A stretch of 48,217 nucleotides of DNA from contig NZ_MWQY01000027.1 in NCBI RefSeq assembly GCF_002087085.1, positions 1-48,217 of the forward strand, given 5' to 3'. The translations under genes were made by a program, and so were the position numbers. Position 1 is the first letter of the stretch; every line of letters starts with the position of its first letter. Below are positions 10,044 to 18,609 of this stretch, in pieces. The notes below the pieces were generated by a model. It did no database searches, was not told the DNA's origin, and saw only the letters and a list, made by a program, of their open reading frames with translations.

Positions 10044-12167
10044 TTATAGCCTGAATAGAAGGTCCTCATAGGTCGGGAAGGGCCAGTAGTTCCTGGCGAC
10101 CATGGTTTCCAGGGCGTCTCCGTGGGATCTGACTTCCTGCATTTTCTCGAAGACCCTGAATCTGAAGGCTTTGCCCATCTCGAAGGGATCGGAACCCCCT
10201 TTGGCAGTCTCAATCTCCTTTTCCAGCTCATCGGTTCTGCTCTTCAGGCCCCGAATTTCCGTCGAGATCTTCTTGAGAACCTCGGCCTGGGCTGATGCGT
10301 CTCCGCCGGCGTTTTTAATGGCAGCTGCCGAATCGGCCAGAACCTTCGCATAGGCGGTCGCCGCCGGAAAGATCTGCAGGTTGGACATCTGGACCATGAT
10401 GCTGGCTTCTATGTTGAGCTGCATGCAGTATTTTTCCAGATAGACCTCATAACGTGATTCCAGCTCTTCCCTGGTAAATACCTTGTGTTTTTCAAACAGG
10501 GCGACGGATTCCGGAGAAATCAGCTCCGCGATGGCCTCTACGGTGGTCTTGATGTTGGGCAGACCCCGTTTTTCGGCTTCGGCAATCCATTCGTCGGAGT
10601 ATCCGTTGCCGTTGAATATGACCCGCTTGTGGTCTTTCCAGGTCTTTTTTACCAGTTTCTGGATTACGGCGATTTTGTCCTCTCCCTTCTCCAGCTCATC
10701 CGCGAACTCCGCAAGGACCTCCGCCACCGCTGTATTCAGAACCACATTGGGACCGGCGATCGACTCCGAGGAGGGGACCATCCGGAACTCGAATTTATTG
10801 CCGGTAAAGGCAAAGGGGCTTGTCCGGTTACGGTCGGTTATGTCCTTGGGAAGCTTCGGCAGGGTGCTTACGCCGAGTTCGATTTTTTCTCCCCCGTTGC
10901 GTTCAGAGGGACTGCCTCCTGCGAGTTTTTCCAGGATGTTCTGAAGCTGATCTCCCAGAAAGATCGAGATGATGGCGGGAGGAGCTTCGTTGGCACCCAG
11001 GCGGTGATCGTTGCCGGCGTTGGATGCTGCCATGCGGAGAATCTTCGCGTACTTGTCCACCGCCTTTATGGTGGCCGCCACAAAGAGCATGAACTGTGCG
11101 TTGTCCTGGGGATTGTCTCCCGGTTCAAGAAGGTTCTGTCCGTCATCTGTTCCGATGGACCAGTTGTTGTGCTTGCCCGATCCGTTTACCCCCGCATAGG
11201 GTTTCTCGTGAAGCAGGCAGACCAGCTTATGCCGGCTGGCAACCTTCTTCATGGTTTCCATAACTAGCTGGTTTGTATCGGTGGCGACGTTGGAGGAGTT
11301 GAAGATGGTTGCCAGTTCAAACTGACTTGGAGCGACCTCGTTATGCTGGGTTTTGGCGGAAATTCCGAGTTTCCAGAGTTCAAAATTCAGCTCCCGCATG
11401 AAGTCTGCCACCCGCTCCTTGATGGAGCCGAAGTAGTGGTCGTCCATCTCCTGTCCCTTGGCGGGCATGGAGCCGAAGACGGTCCTCCCGGTAAGCATCA
11501 GGTCTGGGCGCCTGTTGAAGTACTCCGCGTCCACAAGGAAGTATTCCTGCTCCGGTCCGACGGTGGTAATGGCCCGTTTGCTGGTTTCATTTCCCAAAGC
11601 CCGGAGAACCCTGATGGTCTGCCGGTTGATCGCCTCCATGGAGCGCAGAAGGGGAACCTTCTTGTCCAGGGCCTCGCCGTGGTAGGAGATAAAGGCAGTG
11701 GGGATATAGAGGGTAACGCCGGTATTGTCCTCCTTCAGAAAGGCGGGGGAGGTGGTATCCCAGGCGGTATAACCCCGGGCTTCAAAGGTGGCCCGAAGTC
11801 CTCCGGAGGGAAAACTCGAGGCGTCCGGTTCGCCCTGTATCAGTTCCTTGCCGGAGAATTCCATAATGACCCTTCCCTCCGGCGTGGGAGAAATAAAGGA
11901 GTCATGCTTTTCTGCTGTCAGACCTGTGAGAGGCTGAAACCAGTGGGTATAGTGGGTTGCCCCTTTTTCTATGGCCCAGTCCTTCATGGCGTTTGCGACA
12001 ACCTCGGCCACTTCAAGGCTGAGTTCGGCTTCGCCTGCCTGAACCTGTTTCACACTTTTATAGATGCTCTTGGGAACCCGTTCCCGCATAACCGCGTCAT
12101 TGAAACAATTACAGCCGTACAGTTCGGTCAGGGGGTTGCTGGTAAAATCAATCTGCGTGCGCTCCAC
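10044..12167 (-). CDS. Glutamine synthetase type III (copy A, sigma54-linked)
   Basis: [87 protein letters not shown] start with AAGGAG RBS. Confidence 0.96.
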   Translation of the reverse strand: MERTQIDFTSNPLTELYGCNCFNDAVMRERVPKSIYKSVKQVQAGEAELSLEVAEVVANAMKDWAIEKGATHYTHWFQPLTGLTAEKHDSFISPTPEGRVIMEFSGKELIQGEPDASSFPSGGLRATFEARGYTAWDTTSPAFLKEDNTGVTLYIPTAFISYHGEALDKKVPLLRSMEAINRQTIRVLRALGNETSKRAITTVGPEQEYFLVDAEYFNRRPDLMLTGRTVFGSMPAKGQEMDDHYFGSIKERVADFMRELNFELWKLGISAKTQHNEVAPSQFELATIFNSSNVATDTNQLVMETMKKVASRHKLVCLLHEKPYAGVNGSGKHNNWSIGTDDGQNLLEPGDNPQDNAQFMLFVAATIKAVDKYAKILRMAASNAGNDHRLGANEAPPAIISIFLGDQLQNILEKLAGGSPSERNGGEKIELGVSTLPKLPKDITDRNRTSPFAFTGNKFEFRMVPSSESIAGPNVVLNTAVAEVLAEFADELEKGEDKIAVIQKLVKKTWKDHKRVIFNGNGYSDEWIAEAEKRGLPNIKTTVEAIAELISPESVALFEKHKVFTREELESRYEVYLEKYCMQLNIEASIMVQMSNLQIFPAATAYAKVLADSAAAIKNAGGDASAQAEVLKKISTEIRGLKSRTDELEKEIETAKGGSDPFEMGKAFRFRVFEKMQEVRSHGDALETMVARNYWPFPTYEDLLFRL

Positions 12168-12203
12168 GTTACGCTCCTTGGTGAATTATTACGTAAATAA
12201 AAT

Positions 12204-12219
12204 TGCAATATTCATGCCA
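12204..12219 (-). promoter_or_regulatory. Sigma54 (-24/-12) promoter of the GSIII-A/glnA unit
   Basis: Minus strand TGGCATGAATATTGCA is a close match to TGGCACG-N4-TTGCW, with correct GG-N10-GC spacing. Confidence 0.85.
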
Positions 12220-12303
12220 TGTATGGGGCCGTGGATCTAAATGTTTTCAGGATGGTAAGTTATGAAATTGCGCTTAAAAGGGGACGAAAAAAGAGCCTCC
12301 GTA

Positions 12304-12326
12304 TTTGCCACGAAAATGTAGGCAAA
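12304..12326. promoter_or_regulatory. Candidate enhancer (UAS) for an NtrC-like sigma54 activator
   Basis: Palindrome TTTGCC-ACGAAAATGTA-GGCAAA about 85-105 bp upstream of the sigma54 site. Confidence 0.45.
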
Positions 12327-12359
12327 AAAAACCGGAGCCACCAAAAGGTAGCATCCGGT
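12324..12359 (-). terminator. Rho-independent terminator after GSIII copy B
   Basis: Minus strand ACCGGAUGCUACC-UUUU-GGUGGCUCCGGU followed by a U-tract. Confidence 0.8.
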
Positions 12360-12388
12360 CGTTTCTGCGATACCGTCTGGGTTCGTCT

Positions 12389-14515
12389 CTACAAACGGAA
12401 AAGGAGCTCCTCGTAGGAGGGAAAGGGCCACAATTCCCGGGGAACAAGGGATTCCAGCCTGTCCGCGTGGACCCTGAGTTCCTGCATGGCGGGAAAAACA
12501 AACTCGTGACAGGCCCTGGCGTTCGCCCCGTATTCAGCGATTCCGTGAGCCCTGGCAAGGGCCGCAGCCAGTTTGTCGCAGCAGGATTTCAGGGCGCAGG
12601 TTTCGTCGTTGATGTCCGTCAGCAGCGCGAGGTGTTCTTTCGTATCCAGGGAGGCGGAAACGCTCTGCAGGGCGCTGATGCTTCCGGAAAGGCGCCGGAT
12701 GTACTCCATCGCGGCAGGATATATCTCGGTACGGGCCATCTCCAGGGAGATACTGCCCTCGATATTGATCTGCTTCGCGTAGCGTTCAAGATAAATTTCA
12801 CAGCGGGAATGAAGCTCCTCGGACCTGAATACACCATGCCTGGTGAAAAGCTCTATGGACGCATTGCTTACAAGCTCGGGGATTGCATCCACGGTGGCGG
12901 TAATGTTGGGCAGACCCCGCCGGACGGCTTCGGCGACCCACTCTTCGCTGTAGCCGTTGCCGTTGAAGATTATCCTCTTGTGCCGGCGATAAGTTTCGGC
13001 TATCAGGAATGAGACCTTCTTCTGGGGGTCCTCCGACTGCTCCAGTTCGTCTGCAAAGCGCCGCAGGATTTCCGCCATGGCCGTGTTCAGTACCACGTTT
13101 GGTCCGGCCACCGATTCGGATGACGGTACCATCCGGAATTCGAACTTGTTGCCGGTGAAGGCGAAGGGGCTTGTTCTGTTCCGGTCGGTAAGGTCCCGGG
13201 GAAGCTTCGGGAGGGCCGCCACGCCTGTTTCCAGAAGGGTCAGAATATCCTTCTGTTTTTTCCTGGAATCATCCGCCAGCTCCTCCAGCACCTCCGTGAG
13301 CTGGTCTCCCAGAAAGATGGAGATGATCGCCGGGGGGGCTTCGTTCGCTCCCAGACGGTGGTCGTTGCCGGCATTGGCGGCTGACATGCGCAGTATCGGG
13401 GCGTACTCATCCACAGCCCGGATGGCAGCGGCCAGAAAGAGCAGAAACCGTGCATTCTGGCGGGGATTGTCCCCGGGTTCCAGCAGATTGATACCGTCAT
13501 CCGTGGCTATGGACCAGTTGTTGTGTTTTCCCGATCCGTTTACCCCGGCAAAGGGTTTTTCGTGGAGCAGGGCAACCAGGTTGTGCCGCAGGGCGACCCG
13601 TCCCAGGGTCTCCATAACCAGCTGATTGGTATCGGACGCCACGTTGGAGGTATCGAAGATACAGGCTATTTCGAACTGATTCGGCGCCACCTCGTTGTGC
13701 TGGGTCTTGGCGGATATTCCAAGCTTCCAGAGTTCAAGGTTGAGTTCCCGCATAAAGGCGGAGACCCGTTCCTTCAGGGCGCCGAAGTAATGGTCTTCCA
13801 TCTCCTGTCCCTTGGCGGGAAGGCAGCCGAAGACCGTTCGTCCGGTGAGCATCAGGTCTGAGCGCCTGTCGGCGTAGCGCCTGTCCACGAGGAAGTATTC
13901 CTGTTCCGCCCCCACCGTGGTTATGATCCGTGTGCTGCTGGTGTTCCCCAGGATCCGGAGTATCCTCATGGCCTGTCTGTTGATGGCCTCCATGGAGCGC
14001 AGCAGGGGCACCTTCTTGTCCAGGGCCTCGCCGTGGTAGGAGACAAAGGCAGTGGGAATGTAGAGGGTGACTCCCGTACTGTCCTCTTTCAGAAAGGCGG
14101 GCGATGTGGTGTCCCAGGCGGTGTAGCCCCGGGCTTCAAAAGTGGCCCGAAGTCCTCCGGAGGGAAAACTCGATGCGTCGGGTTCACCCTTGATCAACTC
14201 CTTGCCGGAAAACTCCATCATGACCCGTCCGTCCCCGATGGGGGAGATAAAGGAGTCGTGCTTTTCCGCTGTCAGACCCGTGAGGGGCTGAAACCAGTGG
14301 GTATAGTGGGTCGCACCCCGTTCTATGGCCCAGTCCTTCATGGCGTTCGCCACAACCTCGGCAACTTCCAGGGTGAGTTCCGCCTTGCCTTCCTGAACAT
14401 CCTTGATGGCTTTATAGATGCTCCTGGGCAGACGCTGCTTCATGACGGCATCGCTGAAGGCGTTTATTCCGTATAACTCAGGTATCGCTTTTTCCGACAA
14501 ATCCGGAGGGGTCAT
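12389..14515 (-). CDS. Glutamine synthetase type III (copy B)
   Basis: Same GSIII signature motifs as copy A and colinear with it; AAGGAG RBS. Confidence 0.96.
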   Translation of the reverse strand: MTPPDLSEKAIPELYGINAFSDAVMKQRLPRSIYKAIKDVQEGKAELTLEVAEVVANAMKDWAIERGATHYTHWFQPLTGLTAEKHDSFISPIGDGRVMMEFSGKELIKGEPDASSFPSGGLRATFEARGYTAWDTTSPAFLKEDSTGVTLYIPTAFVSYHGEALDKKVPLLRSMEAINRQAMRILRILGNTSSTRIITTVGAEQEYFLVDRRYADRRSDLMLTGRTVFGCLPAKGQEMEDHYFGALKERVSAFMRELNLELWKLGISAKTQHNEVAPNQFEIACIFDTSNVASDTNQLVMETLGRVALRHNLVALLHEKPFAGVNGSGKHNNWSIATDDGINLLEPGDNPRQNARFLLFLAAAIRAVDEYAPILRMSAANAGNDHRLGANEAPPAIISIFLGDQLTEVLEELADDSRKKQKDILTLLETGVAALPKLPRDLTDRNRTSPFAFTGNKFEFRMVPSSESVAGPNVVLNTAMAEILRRFADELEQSEDPQKKVSFLIAETYRRHKRIIFNGNGYSEEWVAEAVRRGLPNITATVDAIPELVSNASIELFTRHGVFRSEELHSRCEIYLERYAKQINIEGSISLEMARTEIYPAAMEYIRRLSGSISALQSVSASLDTKEHLALLTDINDETCALKSCCDKLAAALARAHGIAEYGANARACHEFVFPAMQELRVHADRLESLVPRELWPFPSYEELLFRL

Positions 14516-14537
14516 ATATCTGCTCCTTTGTATTGTG

Positions 14538-14567
14538 AATATACCCCGGATTTTCCCTCAATGTTAA
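14538..14567 (-). promoter_or_regulatory. Possible sigma70 promoter of GSIII copy B
   Basis: Minus strand TTAACA-N18-TATATT upstream of the RBS. Confidence 0.5.
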
Positions 14568-14628
14568 TACATGACGGGTATGGGAGCCCTGCAGGACACA
14601 GGGCTCGGGGGTTTTGAGGGATCCGGGT

Positions 14629-15525
14629 CTATTCCTGGGGACAGGGGCAGGACGGATCGATATAAACCCGGAACTTCTTGACAAATCCCGTTGGCCGATA
14701 CGTCATCTTCGCCTGCCGGAGCCCCGGATCTCCCAGGTCCTGTTCCCGGTTGATGAAGGAAATGCTGTTGGGAAGAATGGAGGCGAAGGCCTTGTTTATA
14801 AACTGGTATATGCCTTTGTAGTTACCTACGGCTTTTTCGAAATGCACCACGAAACCTTTTCCCCGGGCGATGGGTTCCCCCAGAACGTAGGCCGCGGGGA
14901 CACCGTCCACATAGTAGAGATATCCGCAGAGGTCCAGAACCTCCTTCAGTTCCAGCGCCTCGATGGCCGCTTCGGTGTCTCCGGGATCATCCTTTCCTTC
15001 CGCCCACTGCCTGGCGACGGAGAAGGCGTCCTGAATATTTTCAGGATCGATTCTGACTTCGGAATACTCATAATTGTTCAGGAACTGTTTTACCAGGTTT
15101 CTTTTCTTGTGGTATTTCTTTCCCGGAAGATGGGCCAGATCCTTTGTGAGGTAGAGGTAGTCAAAATTGTCCCGGTCTTCGATAACGCAAAAGCCTTTTC
15201 GTTCCAGATCGATCTGTCCGGCCACGGCGTAGGGCTCTGCCAGGTTTTTCAGGTACATGTGTTCGGAAAACAGGCTGATCAGGGTCTCATCGTCCGGGAG
15301 TCCGAAGGGGAGCATAGCGAAGTTCTCGCCGTCCTTTGTTCCCGAAATCACGATTCCACCGTCGTCGAAGCGGCTCAGCCGATAGTTATAGGTTTTACGG
15401 AAAAGGAACAGATTTGCAAAGGTAAACTCCGAGATGCCGAACTTGATGGATGATAATCGGGGATGAAGCTCATCCCGCATCTCGAGATCTACTGGTGCGA
15501 ATTCAGGATAGCCGGGTATCTGCAT
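14629..15525 (-). CDS. DUF2156 family protein (GNAT-like, related to the aminoacyl-PG synthase C-terminal domain)
   Basis: SEFTFANLF, DRDNFDYLY, GKKYHKKRN, HFEKA, INREQDLGDPGLRQAKMTYRP. Start set at ATG 15525, 6 nt after a -10 box. Confidence 0.85.
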   Translation of the reverse strand: MQIPGYPEFAPVDLEMRDELHPRLSSIKFGISEFTFANLFLFRKTYNYRLSRFDDGGIVISGTKDGENFAMLPFGLPDDETLISLFSEHMYLKNLAEPYAVAGQIDLERKGFCVIEDRDNFDYLYLTKDLAHLPGKKYHKKRNLVKQFLNNYEYSEVRIDPENIQDAFSVARQWAEGKDDPGDTEAAIEALELKEVLDLCGYLYYVDGVPAAYVLGEPIARGKGFVVHFEKAVGNYKGIYQFINKAFASILPNSISFINREQDLGDPGLRQAKMTYRPTGFVKKFRVYIDPSCPCPQE

Positions 15526-15531
15526 GGCATC

Positions 15532-15576
15532 AATATAGATAATCACCTACTAAAAAGCAACTGATCATGATATACT
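15532..15576. promoter_or_regulatory. Closely packed divergent sigma70 promoters (DUF2156 and pepT)
   Basis: Minus strand: TTGCTT-N17-TATATT (15560 to 15532). Plus strand: extended -10 TGnTATACT (15568-15576). Confidence 0.6.
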
Positions 15577-15585
15577 CGCTTCACA

Positions 15586-16848
15586 ATGAAACAGACTGAA
15601 CGGATTCTTCCGGAAAAACTTCTCGAACGCTTTATTCGTTATGCAAAAATCTGGACTACCTCGGATCCCCACAGCGCAGACTCTCCAACCACTGAAAGGC
15701 AGTGGGAACTTCTTCGCTTACTCTCAGCTGAACTGGAGGATCTCGGGGTTCCCGCTGAACTGGATGAAAACGGTTTTCTTATCGGCCGACTGCCTGCCCG
15801 GGGGGTCGGTCCTCAGGTTCCCACCGTCGGTTTCATGGCCCATGTGGATACTTCTCCGGATGTCTCCGGCGAGGGGGTGAGTCCCAGGATACATCGGAGA
15901 TGGCAGGGAGATGCGATTGTACTCAGGGATGATGTGGTTCTGGACCCGGTACAGATGCCGGAGCTGGCTGCACGGAAGGGAGATACGATCATCACCTCCG
16001 ATGGTACAACCCTGCTTGGGGCTGACGACAAGGCGGGGATCGCCGAGATAATGGCGGCGGTGGAGTATCTGCAGTCCAATCCGGACCTTCCCCACGGCCC
16101 TCTGGAAATCATCTTTACCCCCGACGAAGAAACCGGCAAGGGGATGGACCGTTTTCCCCTGGAGAGGATCCAGAGCCGCTGCTGCTATACCCTGGACGGC
16201 GATGAGCTGGGAACCCTCGAAGCGGAATGTTTCAATGCCTACCGGGCGGACATCGGCTTTTTCGGCGTATCCGCCCATCCGGGACGTGCCAGGGGCAGGC
16301 TGATCAACGCCATAAGCATGCTGGGGAGCTTCCTGGAGATGCTGCCGGGCAGTGAGAGTCCCGAGGCCACCGACGGCCGTTACGGATTCTATCATAGTGT
16401 GGAAGTCTCGGGGCATACGGAAAAGGCGGAGCTGACCCTGATCCTGAGGGATTTTGAACGGAACGAGGTAGAGCGCCGGGTAAAGGCCCTGCAGGCTTTC
16501 GCCTCCGCCGTCGAGGCCGCCTATCCCGGAGGAAAGGTAAAAGTCTCGTGGGTAAAACAGTATTTGAACATGCGGGAAGCCTTCAGCGAAGATCCCCTGG
16601 TCGTAGAACTTGCTCAGAAGGCGATTGCATCCCTGGGAATCAGCCCGGTACTGACCTCCATCCGCGGAGGAACCGACGGCGCCCGGCTCTCGGAACTTGG
16701 AATCCCCTCCCCGAATCTCTTCGCCGGGGGCCATAACTTTCACAGCCTTACCGAATGGGCATCCCTGGAGGTTATGACCTGTGCCGCCGAAACTGTACTT
16801 GCCCTGGCCCTCTTATGGGGGGAATTTGAAAGCCCGGCCCCAGCGTGA
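15586..16848 (+). CDS. pepT: Peptidase T (tripeptide aminopeptidase, M20B)
   Basis: AHVDTS, DGTTLLGADDKAG, FTPDEE, YTLDG, IRGGTDG, NFHS. Confidence 0.95.
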   Translation: MKQTERILPEKLLERFIRYAKIWTTSDPHSADSPTTERQWELLRLLSAELEDLGVPAELDENGFLIGRLPARGVGPQVPTVGFMAHVDTSPDVSGEGVSPRIHRRWQGDAIVLRDDVVLDPVQMPELAARKGDTIITSDGTTLLGADDKAGIAEIMAAVEYLQSNPDLPHGPLEIIFTPDEETGKGMDRFPLERIQSRCCYTLDGDELGTLEAECFNAYRADIGFFGVSAHPGRARGRLINAISMLGSFLEMLPGSESPEATDGRYGFYHSVEVSGHTEKAELTLILRDFERNEVERRVKALQAFASAVEAAYPGGKVKVSWVKQYLNMREAFSEDPLVVELAQKAIASLGISPVLTSIRGGTDGARLSELGIPSPNLFAGGHNFHSLTEWASLEVMTCAAETVLALALLWGEFESPAPA

Positions 16849-16860
16849 TAAAATTCAGCT

Positions 16861-17240
16861 GAGGGACGGCTTGGCCGGCCCCGAACGAGGCAGAGCGGAG
16901 TCGAAGGACATGAGTCCTTCGGCGACCGAGAAAAGCGAAGGGACGGCTTTGCCGACCCTGAACGAGGCAGAGCGGAGTCGAAGGGCGAAAAGACCGACGG
17001 CGACCGAGAAAAGTGAAGGGACGGCTTTGCCGGTCCTGAACGAAGCAGAGCGGAGTCGAAGGACATGAGTCCTTCGGCGACCGAGAAAAGCGAAGGGACG
17101 GCTTTGCCGACCCTGAACGAAGCAGATCGGAGTCGAAGGCCATGAGTCCTTCGGCGACCGAGAAAAGCGAAGGGACGGCTTTGCCGGCCCTGAACGAGGC
17201 AGAGCGGAGTCGAAGGACTTGAGTCCTTCGGCGACCGAGA
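16861..17240. repeat. Tandem array of five ~77-bp palindromic (REP/BIME-like) units
   Basis: Units start at about 16861, 16937, 17015, 17092 and 17169. Consensus GAAGGGACGGCTTTGCCGACCCTGAACGAGGCAGAGCGGAGTCGAAGGACATGAGTCCTTCGGCGACCGAGAAAAGC, with two hairpins per unit. Confidence 0.95.
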
Positions 17241-17255
17241 ATAAGGAGACAGGTA

Positions 17256-18401
17256 ATGAAGTCTTTCTCTGGTGTTCCGAGGAAAAACGCAGCTTTTTTT
17301 GTAGTGGTACTCCTGCTTTGCATAAGTCCCCTTCTGGTCTTCGCCCAGGAGGTCGGCAGAATCGAGTACCTGGACGGGATTGTGGATATTCACCGGGGGG
17401 GCGAGATCGTCGAACTTTTTCCTTCAGATATCGGGTTTTCCCTGGAAGCCCTTGATACCATTCAGACGGGCCCGGACGGTACGGTACAGTTCTCCATCTC
17501 GACCCAGAAACGCCGGGGAACCAGCGTAAGCGTGGGCAACAATACCACCTTTCTGGTGGAGGCCAGCCTGGACCCCGGAGGAACAAAGACAAGAATCGAG
17601 GTCTTTACCGGTTCTCTGAGTCTCAAGGTGGCCCGGCTGACCGGCCGGGAGGAACTCTCCGTCAGAACAGAGAGCGCCGTAATGGGAGTACGGGGAACGG
17701 AATTCGAGGTTATCACCGCTCCCGACGGCGGCGTGCTCGTGCTCTGTGAGGACGGCAGCGTAAGCTGTCAGGACCAGAATCAGCGGGAGATGATCGCAGT
17801 TCCCGGTACCGGGGTAGAGAAGGTCCCCGGACAGAGCATCAGTTCCGTGAACGTTGATCCTGAAGAGTACGGGGATTTCAGACAAAAATGGCGGGAAACC
17901 AGGATGGAGATCTTTCGTTCCGGGGCCCCGGTTTTTTTTCGTGCCTACATTCAGCAGTTCCGGCGGACTGAACCCCGATTTTCAGAGGCCTACGCCGAGC
18001 TGGAAGGCTTCGATACCAGGCTGAAAGACTATGCCCGCCGCAGCAGTGAAGGGCCTTCATCCATCGGAAGCGGAGAGCTTTACCGCTTTCGGGCCGAAAT
18101 TTCCCCCTCCCTTGCCCGGATGCGCAGTATTATCCCCCTGTACCGGCAGACCTTCTTCCGTCTTGCAGAGCTGTTGCGCTATTATCAGGAATCCGGTATC
18201 GCCGGGGATGAGGTCATCGACGGCGTGAAGGTATCGAATTTCTTCAGGAATTTTCAGCAGAGTCTGCGCGGGGAGAGACTGCGGATCGCCCGGGTGGAAA
18301 ACTGGTTCAAGCTCTATCGGGGCCTCGGCGGCGAAGGACAGGAGAGCCTGATGGATGAATTTTTCGGTCCCGGAGAGGGCAGCCTGCTGGATGAATTTTA
18401 A
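17256..18401 (+). CDS. Exported FecR-domain protein with a helical C-terminal domain
   Basis: Signal peptide ending VFA-QE; FecR-type DTIQTGPDG and TESAVMGVRGTEFEV; AAGGAG RBS. Confidence 0.8.
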   Translation: MKSFSGVPRKNAAFFVVVLLLCISPLLVFAQEVGRIEYLDGIVDIHRGGEIVELFPSDIGFSLEALDTIQTGPDGTVQFSISTQKRRGTSVSVGNNTTFLVEASLDPGGTKTRIEVFTGSLSLKVARLTGREELSVRTESAVMGVRGTEFEVITAPDGGVLVLCEDGSVSCQDQNQREMIAVPGTGVEKVPGQSISSVNVDPEEYGDFRQKWRETRMEIFRSGAPVFFRAYIQQFRRTEPRFSEAYAELEGFDTRLKDYARRSSEGPSSIGSGELYRFRAEISPSLARMRSIIPLYRQTFFRLAELLRYYQESGIAGDEVIDGVKVSNFFRNFQQSLRGERLRIARVENWFKLYRGLGGEGQESLMDEFFGPGEGSLLDEF

Positions 18402-18609
18402 TCCTCGTCCTGAGATAGGGACACCACTGAAAACTACTCTTTTCCCCATATCCGGCGTCGTCAGGATTTCCCGCGGTCCTCAACTCTTGTTTCCACAAGA
18501 GTTTGCGGGCGCTACAAAATCTTTCCTCCTTGACTGTGGAAAATATACCACGTTTTTTGAAGTGCCCGTAGTATATTTACAGAAGGGATAGAGGGGATCC
18601 TTCGGAATC

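Noticed and set aside
16861..17240. CRISPR array interpretation of the repeat
   Set aside because: The units are contiguous near-identical ~77-mers with no unique spacers, and no cas genes are in the window.
16740..17592. Repetitive minus-strand ORFs (217, 183 and 245 aa) and short plus-strand ORFs across the repeat
   Set aside because: The unit length is not a multiple of 3, so the same peptide recurs in all frames. They also overlap pepT or the FecR gene and are by-products of the DNA repeat.
17919..17939. Terminator-like CCGGGGCCCCGG followed by a T-run inside the FecR gene
   Set aside because: It lies mid-CDS in an intact frame and the stem is short once a loop is allowed; probably coincidental.
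18488..18544. DnaA-box-like 9-mers (GTTTCCACA; TTTTCCACA on the minus strand) suggesting oriC, with mnmG nearby
   Set aside because: There are only two boxes, no AT-rich unwinding element, and no dnaA, dnaN or parAB in the window.
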